Below, in pieces: positions 1 to 11,497 of a stretch of 64,000 bases of DNA. Made by a program: the position numbers and the translations under genes. A model generated the notes under the pieces. That model was not told where the DNA came from, made no database searches, and worked only from the letters and a program-made list of their open reading frames with translations. Source of the stretch: Congzhengia sp. (GTDB lineage Bacteria; Bacillota; Clostridia; UBA1381; UBA9506); contig JAZNOF010000009.1 of assembly GCA_045580665.1 (NCBI GenBank), positions 1,971 to 65,970 on the forward strand, in the 5' to 3' direction. Each line of letters starts with the position of its first letter. Positions within the stretch are counted from its first letter, which is position 1.

Positions 1-165
1 TGAATAAATCATTCCGCACATAACAAGTGTCATAATAACTCCAAAAACTATTGCAAAAGGGCGGAATGTAAACCATGAACCGAATAATGCGGTAAACAAA
101 AGACTTATTAAAATAGCTAACAAATAGTCTAAAAACGGAAATAAATAATGCTTTAAATTTTTCAT
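1..165 (-). CDS. Hypothetical membrane protein, partial (runs off the window start)
   Basis: ATG at 165 with AAAGG-type RBS just after the ybeY stop; open hydrophobic frame MKNLKHYLFPFLDYLLAILISLFTALFGSWFTFRPFAIVFGVIMTLVMCGMIY. Confidence 0.65.
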   Translation of the reverse strand, partial: MKNLKHYLFPFLDYLLAILISLLFTALFGSWFTFRPFAIVFGVIMTLVMCGMIYS

Positions 166-177
166 ATCTTTGCCTTT

Positions 178-666
178 CTATCTTGTTATGTTAAGCGTTT
201 TTAAAATTTCTTCCTGCTTTTGAAACATTTCTTTTTCCTCGTTTTCGCTTCTTTCGTGGTCAAGTCCTAAAAGGTGAAGCATTGAGTGAACTGTTAAAAA
301 GCAAAACTCACGAAGTACAGAGTGTCCGTAATCTTCAGCTTGTGACACCGCTTTTTCAGCAGAAACTAAAATATCTCCCAATACAACGGCGTTATCTATT
401 AAGTCTTCCTCATAAACTATCAGCTCGCCGTTTTCGTCCTCCTCTAAAAGAGGAAATGACAAAACGTCAGTAGGGCGGTCAATTCCGCGGGAAAGCAGAT
501 TTTGCTCATGGATATTTTCATTATCCGTAAATGTTAAGCTTATCTCAGCATCAAAAGGAAAACCTTCGCTTTTTAAGGTTTCCTCCATGCATTTTTTTAA
601 GGTTTCAATAAGCTCGTTTGAAATTTCAATTTTATCCTGTTCATTTTCCCAGATAAGACGTACCAT
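178..666 (-). CDS. ybeY: rRNA maturation endoribonuclease YbeY
   Basis: RGIDRPTDVLSFP, LGDI and HSMLHLLGLDH zinc motif; follows phoH. Confidence 0.95.
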   Translation of the reverse strand: MVRLIWENEQDKIEISNELIETLKKCMEETLKSEGFPFDAEISLTFTDNENIHEQNLLSRGIDRPTDVLSFPLLEEDENGELIVYEEDLIDNAVVLGDILVSAEKAVSQAEDYGHSVLREFCFLTVHSMLHLLGLDHERSENEEKEMFQKQEEILKTLNITR

Positions 667-668
667 AA

Positions 669-1652
669 TTATCTTCCGCCTTTCTGAGATTTTTTTGCAT
701 TTATTTTATTGTTGTGTTTTTCATAAGCCTGAATAATTTTCATAACAAGGGGATGACGAACAACATCTTTATGTGAAAATGAGCAAAACTCGATATCTTC
801 TATACCTGATAAAATTTTCATAGCCTCTTTGAGTCCTGAACGCTTGCCGTCAGGTAAATCAATCTGCGTGATGTCACCTGTGATGATTGCCTTTGAACCG
901 AAGCCTATTCTTGTTAAAAACATTTTCATCTGCTCGGGAGTTGTGTTTTGCGCCTCATCCAAAATTATATAGGCGTTATCTAAGGTTCTTCCGCGCATAT
1001 ATGCTAAAGGCGCAACCTCTATGGTTCCTTTTTCAACGTAGCTTTGGTAACTTTCCATACCAATCATATCGTAAAGAGCATCGTGAAGAGGGCGAAGATA
1101 TGGGTCAACCTTGTTCTGCAAATCTCCGGGCAAAAAGCCGAGTTTTTCTCCTGCCTCAACTGCAGGGCGGGTAATGATAATTCTGCTTACTTCTTTTTTT
1201 CTGAAAGCTGTAACGGCTTTAGCTACGGCAAGATAGGTTTTACCTGTACCTGCAGGGCCTATACCAAACACAATTGTGTTATTATTCATAGCAGAAATAT
1301 AGTTTTTCTGACCTAAGGTTTTGCTTCTTATGGGCTTTCCCTTTGATGTAACGCAAACACAGTCGCCGCTTACCTCAGAAAGTCTTTTTTCTTCACCTTC
1401 CGTGGCTAAAGAAATGGCATACATTATTTTTTGCTCGTTTAAATCTCCACCACGCGCAACGGTATCGGCTAAACTCTCAATTACACGCTGACCAAGTGCT
1501 ACTGCACCCTCGTCACCTGTGATTTTAAGTGAGCCTCCGCGTGCAGAAACAGAAATACCAAGCTCTTTTTCGATGATTTTAATGTTTGCGTCAAAATCGC
1601 CAAATAAAATTCCTATATTTGCGTGTGATACGTCAATAATACTTTCTGACAT
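669..1652 (-). CDS. phoH: PhoH family ATPase
   Basis: GPAGTGKT Walker A, RPAVEAGEKLGFLPG, RGRTL, DEAQN. Confidence 0.95.
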   Translation of the reverse strand: MSESIIDVSHANIGILFGDFDANIKIIEKELGISVSARGGSLKITGDEGAVALGQRVIESLADTVARGGDLNEQKIMYAISLATEGEEKRLSEVSGDCVCVTSKGKPIRSKTLGQKNYISAMNNNTIVFGIGPAGTGKTYLAVAKAVTAFRKKEVSRIIITRPAVEAGEKLGFLPGDLQNKVDPYLRPLHDALYDMIGMESYQSYVEKGTIEVAPLAYMRGRTLDNAYIILDEAQNTTPEQMKMFLTRIGFGSKAIITGDITQIDLPDGKRSGLKEAMKILSGIEDIEFCSFSHKDVVRHPLVMKIIQAYEKHNNKINAKKSQKGGR

Positions 1653-1667
1653 ATATATCCTCCAAGA

Positions 1668-2525
1668 TTATTTACCGGTTTTGTTTATGATAGCAGCCTT
1701 AACTGCATTTTTCATAAGCATAGCTATGGTCATAGGACCTGCACCGCCCGGAACGGGGGTGATAGCTGATGCTTTTTCTTTAGCTTCTTCAAAGTTTACA
1801 TCGCCAACTAAACGCTTGTCGGGAAGCCTGTTTATACCAACATCAATAACAACAGCGCCTTCTTTAACCATATCGCCTGTTATAAGCTCAGGAACGCCGA
1901 CTGCTGCAACTAAAATGTCAGCTTCTAAACATTCCTTCTTTAAATCCTTTGTGCGTGAGTGGCAAACGGTAACTGTTCCGTTTTTGTGGAGTAAAAGCAT
2001 CGACATAGGCTTTCCTACAATGTTACTTCTTCCAACAACAACACATTTTTTACCTGAAATTTCAATACCGCTTTCGGCAATTAATTCCATAACGCCTGCA
2101 GGGGTGCAGGGAAGAAAATCAAAGTTTCCAATCATAATTTTTCCCACGTTTACGGGATGGAATGCATCAACGTCCTTTAAAGGAGAAATTGCATTTATAA
2201 CTGCTTCTTCGTCTAATCCTTTGGGAAGAGGAAGCTGACACAAAATACCGCTTACATTGTTATCGTTGTTTAATTTATCAATTAAAGCCAAAAGCTCTTC
2301 CTGAGTTGTTTCTGCAGACAGAGCATATTCTAAAGATTCAATACCGCAATACTCGCAAGCAAGCTTTTTATTTTTAACATATATTTTAGATGCGGGGTCA
2401 TCTCCTACGATTATTACCGCGAGAGCCGGTTTTATTCCCTCTTTTCTGAGAGCCTCTACCTCCGCTTTGAGTTCGTCCTTTATTCTTTGTGATACTGCTT
2501 TTCCGTCCAGAATTTTTGCTGACAT
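1668..2525 (-). CDS. folD: Bifunctional methylenetetrahydrofolate dehydrogenase/cyclohydrolase
   Basis: [29 protein letters not shown] motifs; GGAGG RBS. Confidence 0.96.
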   Translation of the reverse strand: MSAKILDGKAVSQRIKDELKAEVEALRKEGIKPALAVIIVGDDPASKIYVKNKKLACEYCGIESLEYALSAETTQEELLALIDKLNNDNNVSGILCQLPLPKGLDEEAVINAISPLKDVDAFHPVNVGKIMIGNFDFLPCTPAGVMELIAESGIEISGKKCVVVGRSNIVGKPMSMLLLHKNGTVTVCHSRTKDLKKECLEADILVAAVGVPELITGDMVKEGAVVIDVGINRLPDKRLVGDVNFEEAKEKASAITPVPGGAGPMTIAMLMKNAVKAAIINKTGK

Positions 2526-4347
2526 TTTCTTTTCCTCCGTTTTTATGTTTTGGTGTTATTAAACAGTGCTTTTCAAATCCGATTAAATCCTCTCTGCCTG
2601 CTTTTTTTAAAGCATTTAAAACAAGATGGTAGTTATCGGGATTTTTGTATTGCAAAAGTGCTCTTTGCATAGCTTTTTCCTCTTTTGATTTAGCAACGTA
2701 AACAGGTTTCATCGTTCGCGGGTCAATTTCTGTGTGGAACATACAGGTTGAAATTGTTCCCGGTGTGGGGTAGAAGTCCTGCACCTGCTGAGGAGTAAGG
2801 TTGTGCTCCTTTAAATAGAGTGCAAGCTCTATTGCGTCGGCAAGCGTACTTCCCGGGTGGCTCGACATAAGGTAGGGCACTAAATATTGCTCTTTTTTAA
2901 GTTTTTTATTTATAGCATAGAACTTTTCGCAGAATTTATCGTAAACCTCACGGCGAGGCTTTCCCATATATTTTAAAACGTTTTGGGAAACGTGCTCAGG
3001 GGCAACCTTTAGCTGTCCGCTTACGTGGTGTTTAACAAGTTCTTCGAAAAATTCGTCGTTTTTATCTTCAAGCAAATAGTCAAATCTTATTCCAGAACGA
3101 ACAAAAACCTTTTTAACACCCTCTTTTTTTCTGAGTTCTCTTAAAAGGTCCAAATATTCGCTGTGGTCGGGATTTAGATTTTTGCAGGGAGTGGGGAACA
3201 GACACTGACGTTCTCGGCAGGCACCTGCTTTTTTCTGCTTTTCACAAGCGGTGTGCTTAAAGTTTGCGGTAGGTCCGCCAACATCGTGAATATATCCCTT
3301 AAAATCGGGGTCAGAAATTAAAGTATCCGCTTCATTCAGAAGTGACTTATTACTTCTTGCCTGAATAATTCTTCCCTGATGAAATGTTAATGCACAAAAA
3401 TTACAAGCACCAAAACAGCCTCTTACTGAGCTTAAACTGAATTTAACTTCTTCTATTGCAGGGATTTTACCCATAGATTCATACATGGGGTGGTAATTCC
3501 TTGTGTATGGAAGCTCATAGGTCGCATCAAGCTGTTTCTGTGAAAGAGGAAGTGAGGGCGGAACCTGAATTAAATAGCGGTCCTTATGCTTCTGCACAAT
3601 GGTTTTTCCCCTTATAGGGTCTTGCTCTTCGTGGGTAAGCTTTTCTGCTAAGGCATATTTATACTTATCCTCTTTGACTTCGTCAAAAGAGGGAATTTCA
3701 ACGTATTTTTTTAAATGCTCAACATCTTTTGACATATAGCACGTTCCGCGAATGTGTCGTAAGTCCTTAATATCACTTCCGCGTTCTAAGGCGCGAGCGA
3801 TTTCAACAATAGAGTTTTCGCCCATACCATACATTAAAAGGTCTGCGCCTGAGTCATCTAAAATTGAACGGCGAACACTGTCCTGCCAGTAGTCGTAGTG
3901 AGCAAACCGGCGAAGACTTGCCTCAATTCCGCCTATAAGTATGGGGATTTTACCAAAAGTACGCCTTGCAAGATTTGCATAGACTATGGTTGCTCTGTCG
4001 GGGCGAAGTCCCATTTTACCGTTTGGAGAATAAGAGTCTGTGGTACGCCTTTTTTTAGCTACGGTATAGTGGTTTACCATTGAGTCCATATTTCCTGCAG
4101 AAATTAAGACAGCAAGGCGTGGAGCACCCATTATCGTTATTGATTTTTGCGTTGATACATCAGGCTGTGGTATAATTCCCACACGGTATCCGTTGGCGGT
4201 TAAAACCCTTGAAATTATGGCATGGCCAAAGCTTGGGTGGTCAACGTAAGCGTCGCCTGTGATGTATAAAAAATCAAGTTCGTCCCATCCTAAATAATCC
4301 ATATCCTCTTTTGAAACGGGTAAATAACCTTTATCAGAGTAAACCAT
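2398..4347 (-). CDS. YgiQ/UPF0313 family radical SAM protein
   Basis: [30 protein letters not shown] (CxxxCxxC), QDFYPTP; basic C-terminal tail overlaps folD. Confidence 0.92.
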   Translation of the reverse strand: MVYSDKGYLPVSKEDMDYLGWDELDFLYITGDAYVDHPSFGHAIISRVLTANGYRVGIIPQPDVSTQKSITIMGAPRLAVLISAGNMDSMVNHYTVAKKRRTTDSYSPNGKMGLRPDRATIVYANLARRTFGKIPILIGGIEASLRRFAHYDYWQDSVRRSILDDSGADLLMYGMGENSIVEIARALERGSDIKDLRHIRGTCYMSKDVEHLKKYVEIPSFDEVKEDKYKYALAEKLTHEEQDPIRGKTIVQKHKDRYLIQVPPSLPLSQKQLDATYELPYTRNYHPMYESMGKIPAIEEVKFSLSSVRGCFGACNFCALTFHQGRIIQARSNKSLLNEADTLISDPDFKGYIHDVGGPTANFKHTACEKQKKAGACRERQCLFPTPCKNLNPDHSEYLDLLRELRKKEGVKKVFVRSGIRFDYLLEDKNDEFFEELVKHHVSGQLKVAPEHVSQNVLKYMGKPRREVYDKFCEKFYAINKKLKKEQYLVPYLMSSHPGSTLADAIELALYLKEHNLTPQQVQDFYPTPGTISTCMFHTEIDPRTMKPVYVAKSKEEKAMQRALLQYKNPDNYHLVLNALKKAGREDLIGFEKHCLITPKHKNGGKENVSKNSGRKSSITKNKGRTQSGGRGSQKRGNKTGSRGNNRRR

Positions 4348-4357
4348 TAAATCATTC

Positions 4358-6751
4358 CTATTGCATTGACATTTCTAAATAATCTTCTTTGCTTATCAAA
4401 ACCTCACGGGGCTTACTGCCATCGGGAGGGCTTACAATTCCACGCTCTTGCATCTGGTCAATCATACGGGATGCGCGTGAAAAACCGACTTTAAGTCTTC
4501 TTTGCAGGTGGGATGCTGAAATTTTTCCTGTTTCAACTGCAATTTCAATAGCCTTTGGCAAAAGCTCATCGTTATCTGATGGGTCAGCCATCTCATCAGT
4601 AACATTAACAGGTTTTCCTGCATCAATTTTTTCTATAATATCTTCATCATAGCGGGCTTCTGAGTCGCCTTTTATGAATTCTACAACACGCTCAACCTCT
4701 TTATCGTCAATAAATGCACCCTGAATACGTAAGGGTTTTGATGCACCTACGGGTTTAAAGAGCATATCACCCCGTCCCAAAAGCTTATCTGCGCCTGACT
4801 GGTCTAAAATTGTTCGGCTGTCGATGTGAGATGATACTGCAAAGGCAATCCTTGAGGGAACGTTTGCTTTAATTAAACCTGTGATAACGTCAACCGAGGG
4901 ACGCTGTGTTGCAATAACCAAGTGCATACCAGCGGCTCTTGCCATCTGCGCTAAGCGACAGATAGAGTCTTCCACCTCATTAGGTGCAACCATCATAAGG
5001 TCCGCAAGCTCGTCTATAATAATTACAATGTGGGGGAGAGTATCTTCTCGTCCCTGTGCAGTAAGCATTTTGTTGTAGCCTTTAATATCACGAACGTTGT
5101 TTTCAGCAAATAAGCTGTAACGGCGGAGCATTTCCTGAACCGCCCAATATAGTGCGCCTGATGCACGTCTTGGTTCTGTAACAACGGGAATTAAAAGGTG
5201 AGGAATTCCGTTATAAACACCAAGCTCAACAACTTTAGGGTCAACCATTAAAAGCTTAACCTCGTTGGGATCGGCTTTATAAATTAAGCTTGTAATCAAA
5301 GTGTTTATACATACACTCTTACCTGAACCCGTAGAGCCTGCAATTAAAACGTGGGGCATACGGGAAAGGTCGAACACTATATTTTTACCTGAAATATCTT
5401 TACCCATGGCAAATGCGAGCTTTGAGGGGAACTTTCTGAATTCGTCAGAGTCTAAAACCTCTTTTATGTTAACAACGCTTACTGCCTTGTTGGGAATTTC
5501 AATACCAATTGCTTCTTTTCCGGGAACAGGCTCAATTCGAACACTGGGAGCAGCCAAACGAAGCGCTAAGTCGTTAGAAAGACCGACAACCTTGCTTACT
5601 TTAATACCTTCGCCCAAAACAAGCTCGTAACGTGTAACCGCAGGGCCTTTGCTTACGTTTAAAAGTTTAGCGTCAACGTTAAAGCTTTTGAGTGTTGCAA
5701 TAAGCTTCTGTGCAGTTTCGCGAAGCTCTGTTCTTGAGTTTGAATCGTCGCCTGAGTCATCAACATCGTTTAAAAGTGATACTGACGGGAAGGTGTAGGG
5801 AATACGCTCAAAAACGTCTTCCATTTCCTCTGAAACATCCTCCATACCTGAAAGCTTTTTGGGTGCGTCAACAATTTTTTGCTCTGTGAATTCCTCGGGA
5901 GCGTCATCGTCTGTAACAGGGGGAATAACATCATATACGGGGACTGCATTGTCTATGATATCGTCAATATCAACCTCGTTATCCGTTTCGGGAATTTCTG
6001 CTTCAACTGGCTTTTCAGTTGCCTTTTTGGCTTTTACCTTAACCTTTTTGACAGGCTTGATTCCAAGTTGCTCGTCGGTAAAATCTATAATAACATTATC
6101 ATCTGAATGCGTATGTTCTTTTCTGATTTGTTCAGCCTTTGTTTTTATAGTTTCTTTTGCGTCATTTGTTTTAACGTAGGTCTTTAAAATTCCGCGAAGC
6201 AAAAGCTTAACGGGAGACCATTTAACTAAAAACATTGTTAAAGCTAAAATTGCCGTAAGGGCGATAATAAACGTTGCAACCTGGCCTAAAAGTGCACGAA
6301 GAATATCGGTGATAAAACCGCCAATTAAGCCACCGCCAATACCATCAGCACCCTGAGCGTAGTTGTAGAACATATTCGTAAAAGACAGCGGGTTTTGCTT
6401 GTTCGCAGAAAAAGCGTGAACAAGTATTGATAAAACACCTAAAATTGCAATGATTACGGGATACTTGGTTTTGTGGATTTCGTAGTTTTTACGGGCAGCT
6501 TTATGTATACCATTTACGATAAACACGATAGGTAAAAGGTAAACAGGCCAACCAACACAACCCAAGGCAATATCTTTTACGAATGAGCCGAAAAATCCGT
6601 CGGGAAAGTAAAGAAATACGCCTAAAAGAATTCCTGCAACTAAAGTAAACAGGGAACTGAATTCATCATTTTTTAACAATGAGGGGGTGTTATCTTTCTT
6701 TGATTTATTATATACGGTTTTCTTTTCTGATTTCTTATTTTTTAAAGCCAT
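4358..6751 (-). CDS. ftsK: FtsK/SpoIIIE DNA translocase
   Basis: N-terminal TM segments, acidic linker, GSTGSGKS Walker A, IIDELAD, ATQRPS, gamma domain [12 protein letters not shown]. Confidence 0.95.
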   Translation of the reverse strand: MALKNKKSEKKTVYNKSKKDNTPSLLKNDEFSSLFTLVAGILLGVFLYFPDGFFGSFVKDIALGCVGWPVYLLPIVFIVNGIHKAARKNYEIHKTKYPVIIAILGVLSILVHAFSANKQNPLSFTNMFYNYAQGADGIGGGLIGGFITDILRALLGQVATFIIALTAILALTMFLVKWSPVKLLLRGILKTYVKTNDAKETIKTKAEQIRKEHTHSDDNVIIDFTDEQLGIKPVKKVKVKAKKATEKPVEAEIPETDNEVDIDDIIDNAVPVYDVIPPVTDDDAPEEFTEQKIVDAPKKLSGMEDVSEEMEDVFERIPYTFPSVSLLNDVDDSGDDSNSRTELRETAQKLIATLKSFNVDAKLLNVSKGPAVTRYELVLGEGIKVSKVVGLSNDLALRLAAPSVRIEPVPGKEAIGIEIPNKAVSVVNIKEVLDSDEFRKFPSKLAFAMGKDISGKNIVFDLSRMPHVLIAGSTGSGKSVCINTLITSLIYKADPNEVKLLMVDPKVVELGVYNGIPHLLIPVVTEPRRASGALYWAVQEMLRRYSLFAENNVRDIKGYNKMLTAQGREDTLPHIVIIIDELADLMMVAPNEVEDSICRLAQMARAAGMHLVIATQRPSVDVITGLIKANVPSRIAFAVSSHIDSRTILDQSGADKLLGRGDMLFKPVGASKPLRIQGAFIDDKEVERVVEFIKGDSEARYDEDIIEKIDAGKPVNVTDEMADPSDNDELLPKAIEIAVETGKISASHLQRRLKVGFSRASRMIDQMQERGIVSPPDGSKPREVLISKEDYLEMSMQ

Positions 6752-6821
6752 AACAGCAAACCATACTCCTATTCTATTTTATAATACATATATATTATCA
6801 TAAATTGCAGAAAAAAGCAAT

Positions 6822-6855
6822 AAAAAAACCTGAAAGAATAATCTTTCAGGTTTTT
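6822..6855 (-). terminator. Rho-independent terminator of the G5/3D gene
   Basis: aaaaaaacctgaaaga-ataa-tctttcaggttttt stem-loop with flanking A/T tracts. Confidence 0.75.
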
Positions 6856-6860
6856 GATAT

Positions 6861-8060
6861 CTAATCTAATACATATACAACTGCTTTTCGTCTTCCAAAA
6901 CTGTAACACTGAGAAAGTGTACTGTAGCAAAGGTCAACACGCATATTTTTGATTGCACCGCCGGTGTCGCCTGCGATTGCGAAACCATAAATCCATGAAC
7001 TACCGCCGTCGGTTGATTCAATATAGAGCTTTGAGTTTAACGGAATAACTCTGGGGTCAACGGCAACAATACCATAAACCGGGAGTCTTCCTGTTGCGGT
7101 CTGACCCGCCCACTGTCCGTTTGATGCGCTTGAACCTTCATAAGCTGTTGCTTCAACGGTTATTTTCTTTTTGAAAGTAAAAGTACCTGAAGCAGTGTAG
7201 GCTGTATTTCCCTCAACCTTGGTTTTTGAGTTGCTCTGTGCCATAGCAGGCATAGCGTGGAAGGGAACACCATCGGGCGTTGTTCCGGGGGTTAATGACG
7301 CCCCCGCAGTCTGAGTAACTTTTGCACCAATGCGGTTTTCAACGTAAACTTTTTTTGTTCCTATTTCAACAATTTCCTCAACCGGAGAAGACTTTGTGTG
7401 TTCGCCGATGAGTGTTGCGGTAACGTGACCGTCTTTTGAAATCTTTTTGTATGTTTTTGAAAATACGCCTGATTTACCTTCCTGCAAAATTTTTCTGTAG
7501 CCTGTTTCTTTGTCGGCATTCTCAACTGTTTTAACAGTATAAGGAATTTCCTCTGTAACCTCATAGATTTCAACGTTAACTTTTGTAATGCTTACAGTTA
7601 AACCGTCTTCAATGGGTGAGTTTACATCAGGAATAACTTCGTCATATTTTCCTACAGAAACACCGTTTGCTAAAAGAGCATCGCCAACAGTTGCTTCTGT
7701 TGTTTTGATTTCGGTAACTGTATCTGAATCGTTTAAAAGCATTGTCTTTAAACGTCTGATATAGATAATGTCACCGTCTAAAATTTCGTCTTCTTTTGAT
7801 TTTGAAATAAAATCATCTTCCGAAAGCTTAATGTCTGCAACCTTAAGTGCCTGACCTACGGTAGTGCCTTTTGTTTCAACTTTAAAGCTTTGTCCGTCAT
7901 CAATAATTGTGACAGAAGTAAGGTCCTTACTTGCTGCTGATGGAGTTAAACCGTAGAAAGCGGTTGAAATAACCATAACGAGCAGTATGGCAATAAAGCG
8001 CTTTGAAGAAATCAAAGATGATTTTTCACCGAAGAAAGACGTCCAATTTTTGTTTATCAT
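6861..8060 (-). CDS. YabE-like cell wall protein (DUF348 ubiquitin-like repeats + G5 + 3D domain)
   Basis: N-terminal TM segment, two TVGxAL repeats, G5-like EEIPY...EIVEIGTK, 3D domain ATAY...AVDPRVIPL...DTGGAIK..VDL. Confidence 0.88.
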   Translation of the reverse strand: MINKNWTSFFGEKSSLISSKRFIAILLVMVISTAFYGLTPSAASKDLTSVTIIDDGQSFKVETKGTTVGQALKVADIKLSEDDFISKSKEDEILDGDIIYIRRLKTMLLNDSDTVTEIKTTEATVGDALLANGVSVGKYDEVIPDVNSPIEDGLTVSITKVNVEIYEVTEEIPYTVKTVENADKETGYRKILQEGKSGVFSKTYKKISKDGHVTATLIGEHTKSSPVEEIVEIGTKKVYVENRIGAKVTQTAGASLTPGTTPDGVPFHAMPAMAQSNSKTKVEGNTAYTASGTFTFKKKITVEATAYEGSSASNGQWAGQTATGRLPVYGIVAVDPRVIPLNSKLYIESTDGGSSWIYGFAIAGDTGGAIKNMRVDLCYSTLSQCYSFGRRKAVVYVLD

Positions 8061-8122
8061 AAATACCTCCCGTGATTAACAAGATGTTACAAAATTATTA
8101 AATCTTGTCTGCGGCATTGCCT

Positions 8123-8151
8123 ATTATAGAATATTTTTATTGCTTTGTCAA
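8123..8151 (-). promoter_or_regulatory. Sigma-A promoter of the G5/3D gene
   Basis: Minus strand TTGACA-17 bp-TATAAT, perfect consensus. Confidence 0.8.
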
Positions 8152-8396
8152 ACTTTTATGCCAAATTAAGCAGAAAACATTAAAGAAAAAACTGCCAAAA
8201 ATTGTAAAATAGTCCCGTAAAGCCCGTAGTTTCGGGGTATTTGAAGATTTTACAACTTTTTGAACAAATTTTAACTTTTTTTTGTTTTTGGCTTTAAAAA
8301 TTAGAAATAATTGTAAACAATTTACATAAAAAGGAAATAAAAGAGGTCTAAAAACCTGCCTGTTGAATATAAATATGGTTAAAAAGAGGTGTAAAA

Positions 8397-9290
8397 ATGG
8401 ACAAGATTAAGAGAGAAATCCTACCCAAAATTGAAAAAAATGCATCGCAGTCTTTGTCAGCGTGCGATTTTAATAATCTATATGAAATAAGATTTAGGGC
8501 TCAAAGGCCTGTTATGCTTTATTATTCCCATGGCTCATTTTACTTAAAACGTAACGGCGGTGTATGTAAAAACGAAAACGATGCTCTTTTTTATTCCCAA
8601 AAAGAAATATCATCTTTAGTAAGCGCGTTTTGTAAATCTTCTGTATACGCTTATGAAAACGAAATAAAAGAAGGGTTTATAACTATAAATGGAGGACACA
8701 GAGTTGGTATATCAGGAAAGGCCGTAACGAACGAAAACGGAATAAAAAATATTATACGTTTTTCGGGAGTGAATATAAGAATAGCAAGAGAATTTAAAAA
8801 CTGTGCAGACGGGTGTATTCGTCATATATATGAGGACAAGCGCATATATAATACTGTAATTATTTCGCCTGCAGGTGTTGGCAAAACAACTGTTCTTCGA
8901 GATATTGCAAGACAGCTTTCGAAAAACTTTAAAGTTTCTGTAATAGATGAACGAAGTGAAATAGCGGCATCTGTAGATGGAGTGCCTCAGTTTGACGTAG
9001 GCGTGCAGACAGATGTTTTAGACGGATTTCCAAAACCTGAGGGGATTATGTGTGCGCTTCGTTCTCTTTCACCTGACGTTATAATCACAGACGAAATCGG
9101 AACTGAAAGGGATATGTCGGCAATAAAGAATCTGCTCTCAGGAGGATGTAAAACTGTGGCTACTATGCATGGTTACAGTATAGAAGAGGCGGTTTCAAAA
9201 AAGAAAGAGCTTTTAGAACTTTTCGAGAGGGCGATTTTGCTTGAGAGAAAGAAAGGAGTGCCTGAGGTAACAAAGTGTGTAAAGCTTTAG
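8397..9290 (+). CDS. spoIIIAA: Stage III sporulation protein AA (ATPase)
   Basis: EIRFRA, GFITINGGHRVGISG, SPAGVGKTT, DERSEIA; first gene of an 8-gene operon. Confidence 0.93.
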   Translation: MDKIKREILPKIEKNASQSLSACDFNNLYEIRFRAQRPVMLYYSHGSFYLKRNGGVCKNENDALFYSQKEISSLVSAFCKSSVYAYENEIKEGFITINGGHRVGISGKAVTNENGIKNIIRFSGVNIRIAREFKNCADGCIRHIYEDKRIYNTVIISPAGVGKTTVLRDIARQLSKNFKVSVIDERSEIAASVDGVPQFDVGVQTDVLDGFPKPEGIMCALRSLSPDVIITDEIGTERDMSAIKNLLSGGCKTVATMHGYSIEEAVSKKKELLELFERAILLERKKGVPEVTKCVKL

Positions 9291-9790
9291 GAATTTTAAT
9301 GGTTGCCTTTTCAACAATGGTTTTTACATATTCAAAAGTCGAAGATATGAAACGCAGACTTGAAAACGTAAAGCAACTCAAACGGGGACTTGGTATTATA
9401 AAAAATGAAATAATGTTTTCCTCCCGTGAAATGGGAGATACGGCATACGAGCTGTCACAAAATCTTAGTGGTGATTTATCAGAAATTTTTAAAGCTGTTG
9501 CTGAGAAAATGTCTGCTGACACCCATATAAGCTTTGGACAGGCGTGGAATGAAGAAATTAAAAGTTGTGAAAAAAACATAATGCCTGAAAGAGTATTAAA
9601 AATAATGAAGGATTTTGCAGATACAGCAGGTAAAATGTCAAAAGAAATAGAACTTGAAAATATTGAAAAAGCAATAAAAGTCTTAGATGATGAAACAAAA
9701 GAAGAATTTGAAAACTACACAAAAAACAGAAGGCTTATATTTTCCCTTGGCGGAATATCATGTCTTTCTGTATTGATACTGCTTTTGTAG
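9275..9790 (+). CDS. spoIIIAB: Stage III sporulation protein AB
   Basis: Position, 171 aa, terminal TM segments; GTG start with GAGG RBS. Confidence 0.85.
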   Translation: MCKALGILMVAFSTMVFTYSKVEDMKRRLENVKQLKRGLGIIKNEIMFSSREMGDTAYELSQNLSGDLSEIFKAVAEKMSADTHISFGQAWNEEIKSCEKNIMPERVLKIMKDFADTAGKMSKEIELENIEKAIKVLDDETKEEFENYTKNRRLIFSLGGISCLSVLILLL

Positions 9791-9802
9791 GAGGAAATAA
9801 AA

Positions 9803-9997
9803 ATGGGCGTTGACTTAATATTTAAGATTGCGGCAATCGGAATTTTAATAAGTGTGTTAAATCAGGTTTTAATACGTGCAGGCAGAGAGGAGCAAGCTAT
9901 GCTTACAACCCTGGCAGGTCTTGTTGTCGTTCTTTTAATGGTGATAGAGCAGATAGAATATCTTTTTGATACAGTAAAATCTGTTTTTAATCTTTAG
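9803..9997 (+). CDS. spoIIIAC: Stage III sporulation protein AC
   Basis: MGVDLIFKIAAIGILISVLNQVL..AGREEQA signature. Confidence 0.95.
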   Translation: MGVDLIFKIAAIGILISVLNQVLIRAGREEQAMLTTLAGLVVVLLMVIEQIEYLFDTVKSVFNL

Positions 9998-10005
9998 GTA
10001 GAGAT

Positions 10006-10392
10006 ATGGATATTGTAAAAATTGTTGCAATCGGTATAACAGGTGCGTTTTTTTCTCTGTTTTTAAAAGAGTACAAGCCTTTTTTGAGTGTAACTCTCGC
10101 AGTTATCACAAGTTGCGTTTTGCTTTTTTTGATTTTACCACAAATTGAAGAAATAACATCATACGCAAAAAATATTTACAGAGCGGCAGGCGGAAATGAT
10201 GTCCATATTGATAGCATTTTAAAAATCACAGGTATTGCCTGTCTTGCATGGTTTGGAAGTGACATATGTAAAGACGCGGGGCTTTCATCGGTATCCTCAG
10301 CTATTGTGATAGCGGGAAAATCGGTTTGCCTTGTTTTGTGTATACCCATCGTAAGTCAGCTTTTTGAAATGCTTGTAAGAATCCTACCTTAA
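10006..10392 (+). CDS. spoIIIAD: Stage III sporulation protein AD
   Basis: MDIVKIV, LKITGIA, ICKDAG, IAGK. Confidence 0.93.
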   Translation: MDIVKIVAIGITGAFFSLFLKEYKPFLSVTLAVITSCVLLFLILPQIEEITSYAKNIYRAAGGNDVHIDSILKITGIACLAWFGSDICKDAGLSSVSSAIVIAGKSVCLVLCIPIVSQLFEMLVRILP

Positions 10393-10417
10393 ATACATAA
10401 GAAAGGGCGCTGTTTGT

Positions 10418-11497
10418 ATGAAAAAAATAATAGTTGTACTGAGTTTCTTCCTTATAATATATATACCACATATTGTGCACGCGGAAAAAACTGACAACAT
10501 TATAGACGAGATGCTTGATGTTCCGAAAGTTTCGGAATTTGATACGGCACAAACGGCAAAAGCTGCATCAGAGGGAAAAATAGATATAACGTTTTCAGGA
10601 GTGTGTGACAAAATCATAAATCTGTTTTTAGAAAACATACGGGATAACTACGCAATTATTTTTAAAATGTCGGCAGCAGGAATAATATCGGGGATTGCGG
10701 CAAATCTTAGTGATACAAAAAATGATATAGGAAGAATTGCCTGTGTGGCAGCGGTGGGAGTTTTGTCTTTAAACGCCTATACATACACCGCAAAAGTTGC
10801 TGAGGAAACATGCGATACGCTCTTTTTGTTTGTGCAATCAATCGTACCGTCTGTTGCGGCGGCAAGCTTGGCTTCGGGCCACACGGCAGAGAGTGCGTCC
10901 TGCGGGGTTGTTTTTTGTGCTATGCAAATTTTTATACATATATGTAAGGAAGTGATTTTTCCTCTTATTGCAGTAATAACAGCACTGGGAACGGTTGATA
11001 ATCTGGGGGATACACAGTATTTAAAAGGCGTTAATTCATTTTTGAAAAAAACGCTTTCATGGGGAACAGGTCTTATGCTCACACTGTATGGCGGAGTTGT
11101 AGCCCTGCAGACACAGACTGCAGGCGCTTTTGATTCATTAGCGGGGAAATCTGTGAAATATGCAGTTGGTAATTTTGTGCCAATCGTAGGAGGGGCACTT
11201 TCTGACTCTCTTGATATGGTTATGCAGAGTGCTAAGGTAATTAAAAGCGCCCTTGGAGTCAGTGGAATTATCGGAGTATGTTTTTTGTGTGCAGGTCCTC
11301 TGATTAACATCTGCTCGATTGCTGCGGCATATAAGATAGCCGCAAGCATCGTTTCGGTTTCTGCGGACAAAAGAGTTTCTGCGGTAATTAATGAGATAGG
11401 CGGAGGTATTGCAAAAATATGTATAAACATAATGGCAGTGAGTGTTATGTTTATATTAAGCATTGCAATGCTTTGCAGATTTGGAGGTATGGTATGA
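10418..11497 (+). CDS. spoIIIAE: Stage III sporulation protein AE
   Basis: Multi-TM protein, KYAVGNFVPIVGGALSD motif. Confidence 0.92.
   Translation: MKKIIVVLSFFLIIYIPHIVHAEKTDNIIDEMLDVPKVSEFDTAQTAKAASEGKIDITFSGVCDKIINLFLENIRDNYAIIFKMSAAGIISGIAANLSDTKNDIGRIACVAAVGVLSLNAYTYTAKVAEETCDTLFLFVQSIVPSVAAASLASGHTAESASCGVVFCAMQIFIHICKEVIFPLIAVITALGTVDNLGDTQYLKGVNSFLKKTLSWGTGLMLTLYGGVVALQTQTAGAFDSLAGKSVKYAVGNFVPIVGGALSDSLDMVMQSAKVIKSALGVSGIIGVCFLCAGPLINICSIAAAYKIAASIVSVSADKRVSAVINEIGGGIAKICINIMAVSVMFILSIAMLCRFGGMV

Noticed and set aside
1519-2238. 239-aa plus-strand ORF, and similar long antisense ORFs at 10777-11463 and 19736-20269
   Set aside because: Shadow frames of well-supported genes on the opposite strand, with no recognisable motifs.
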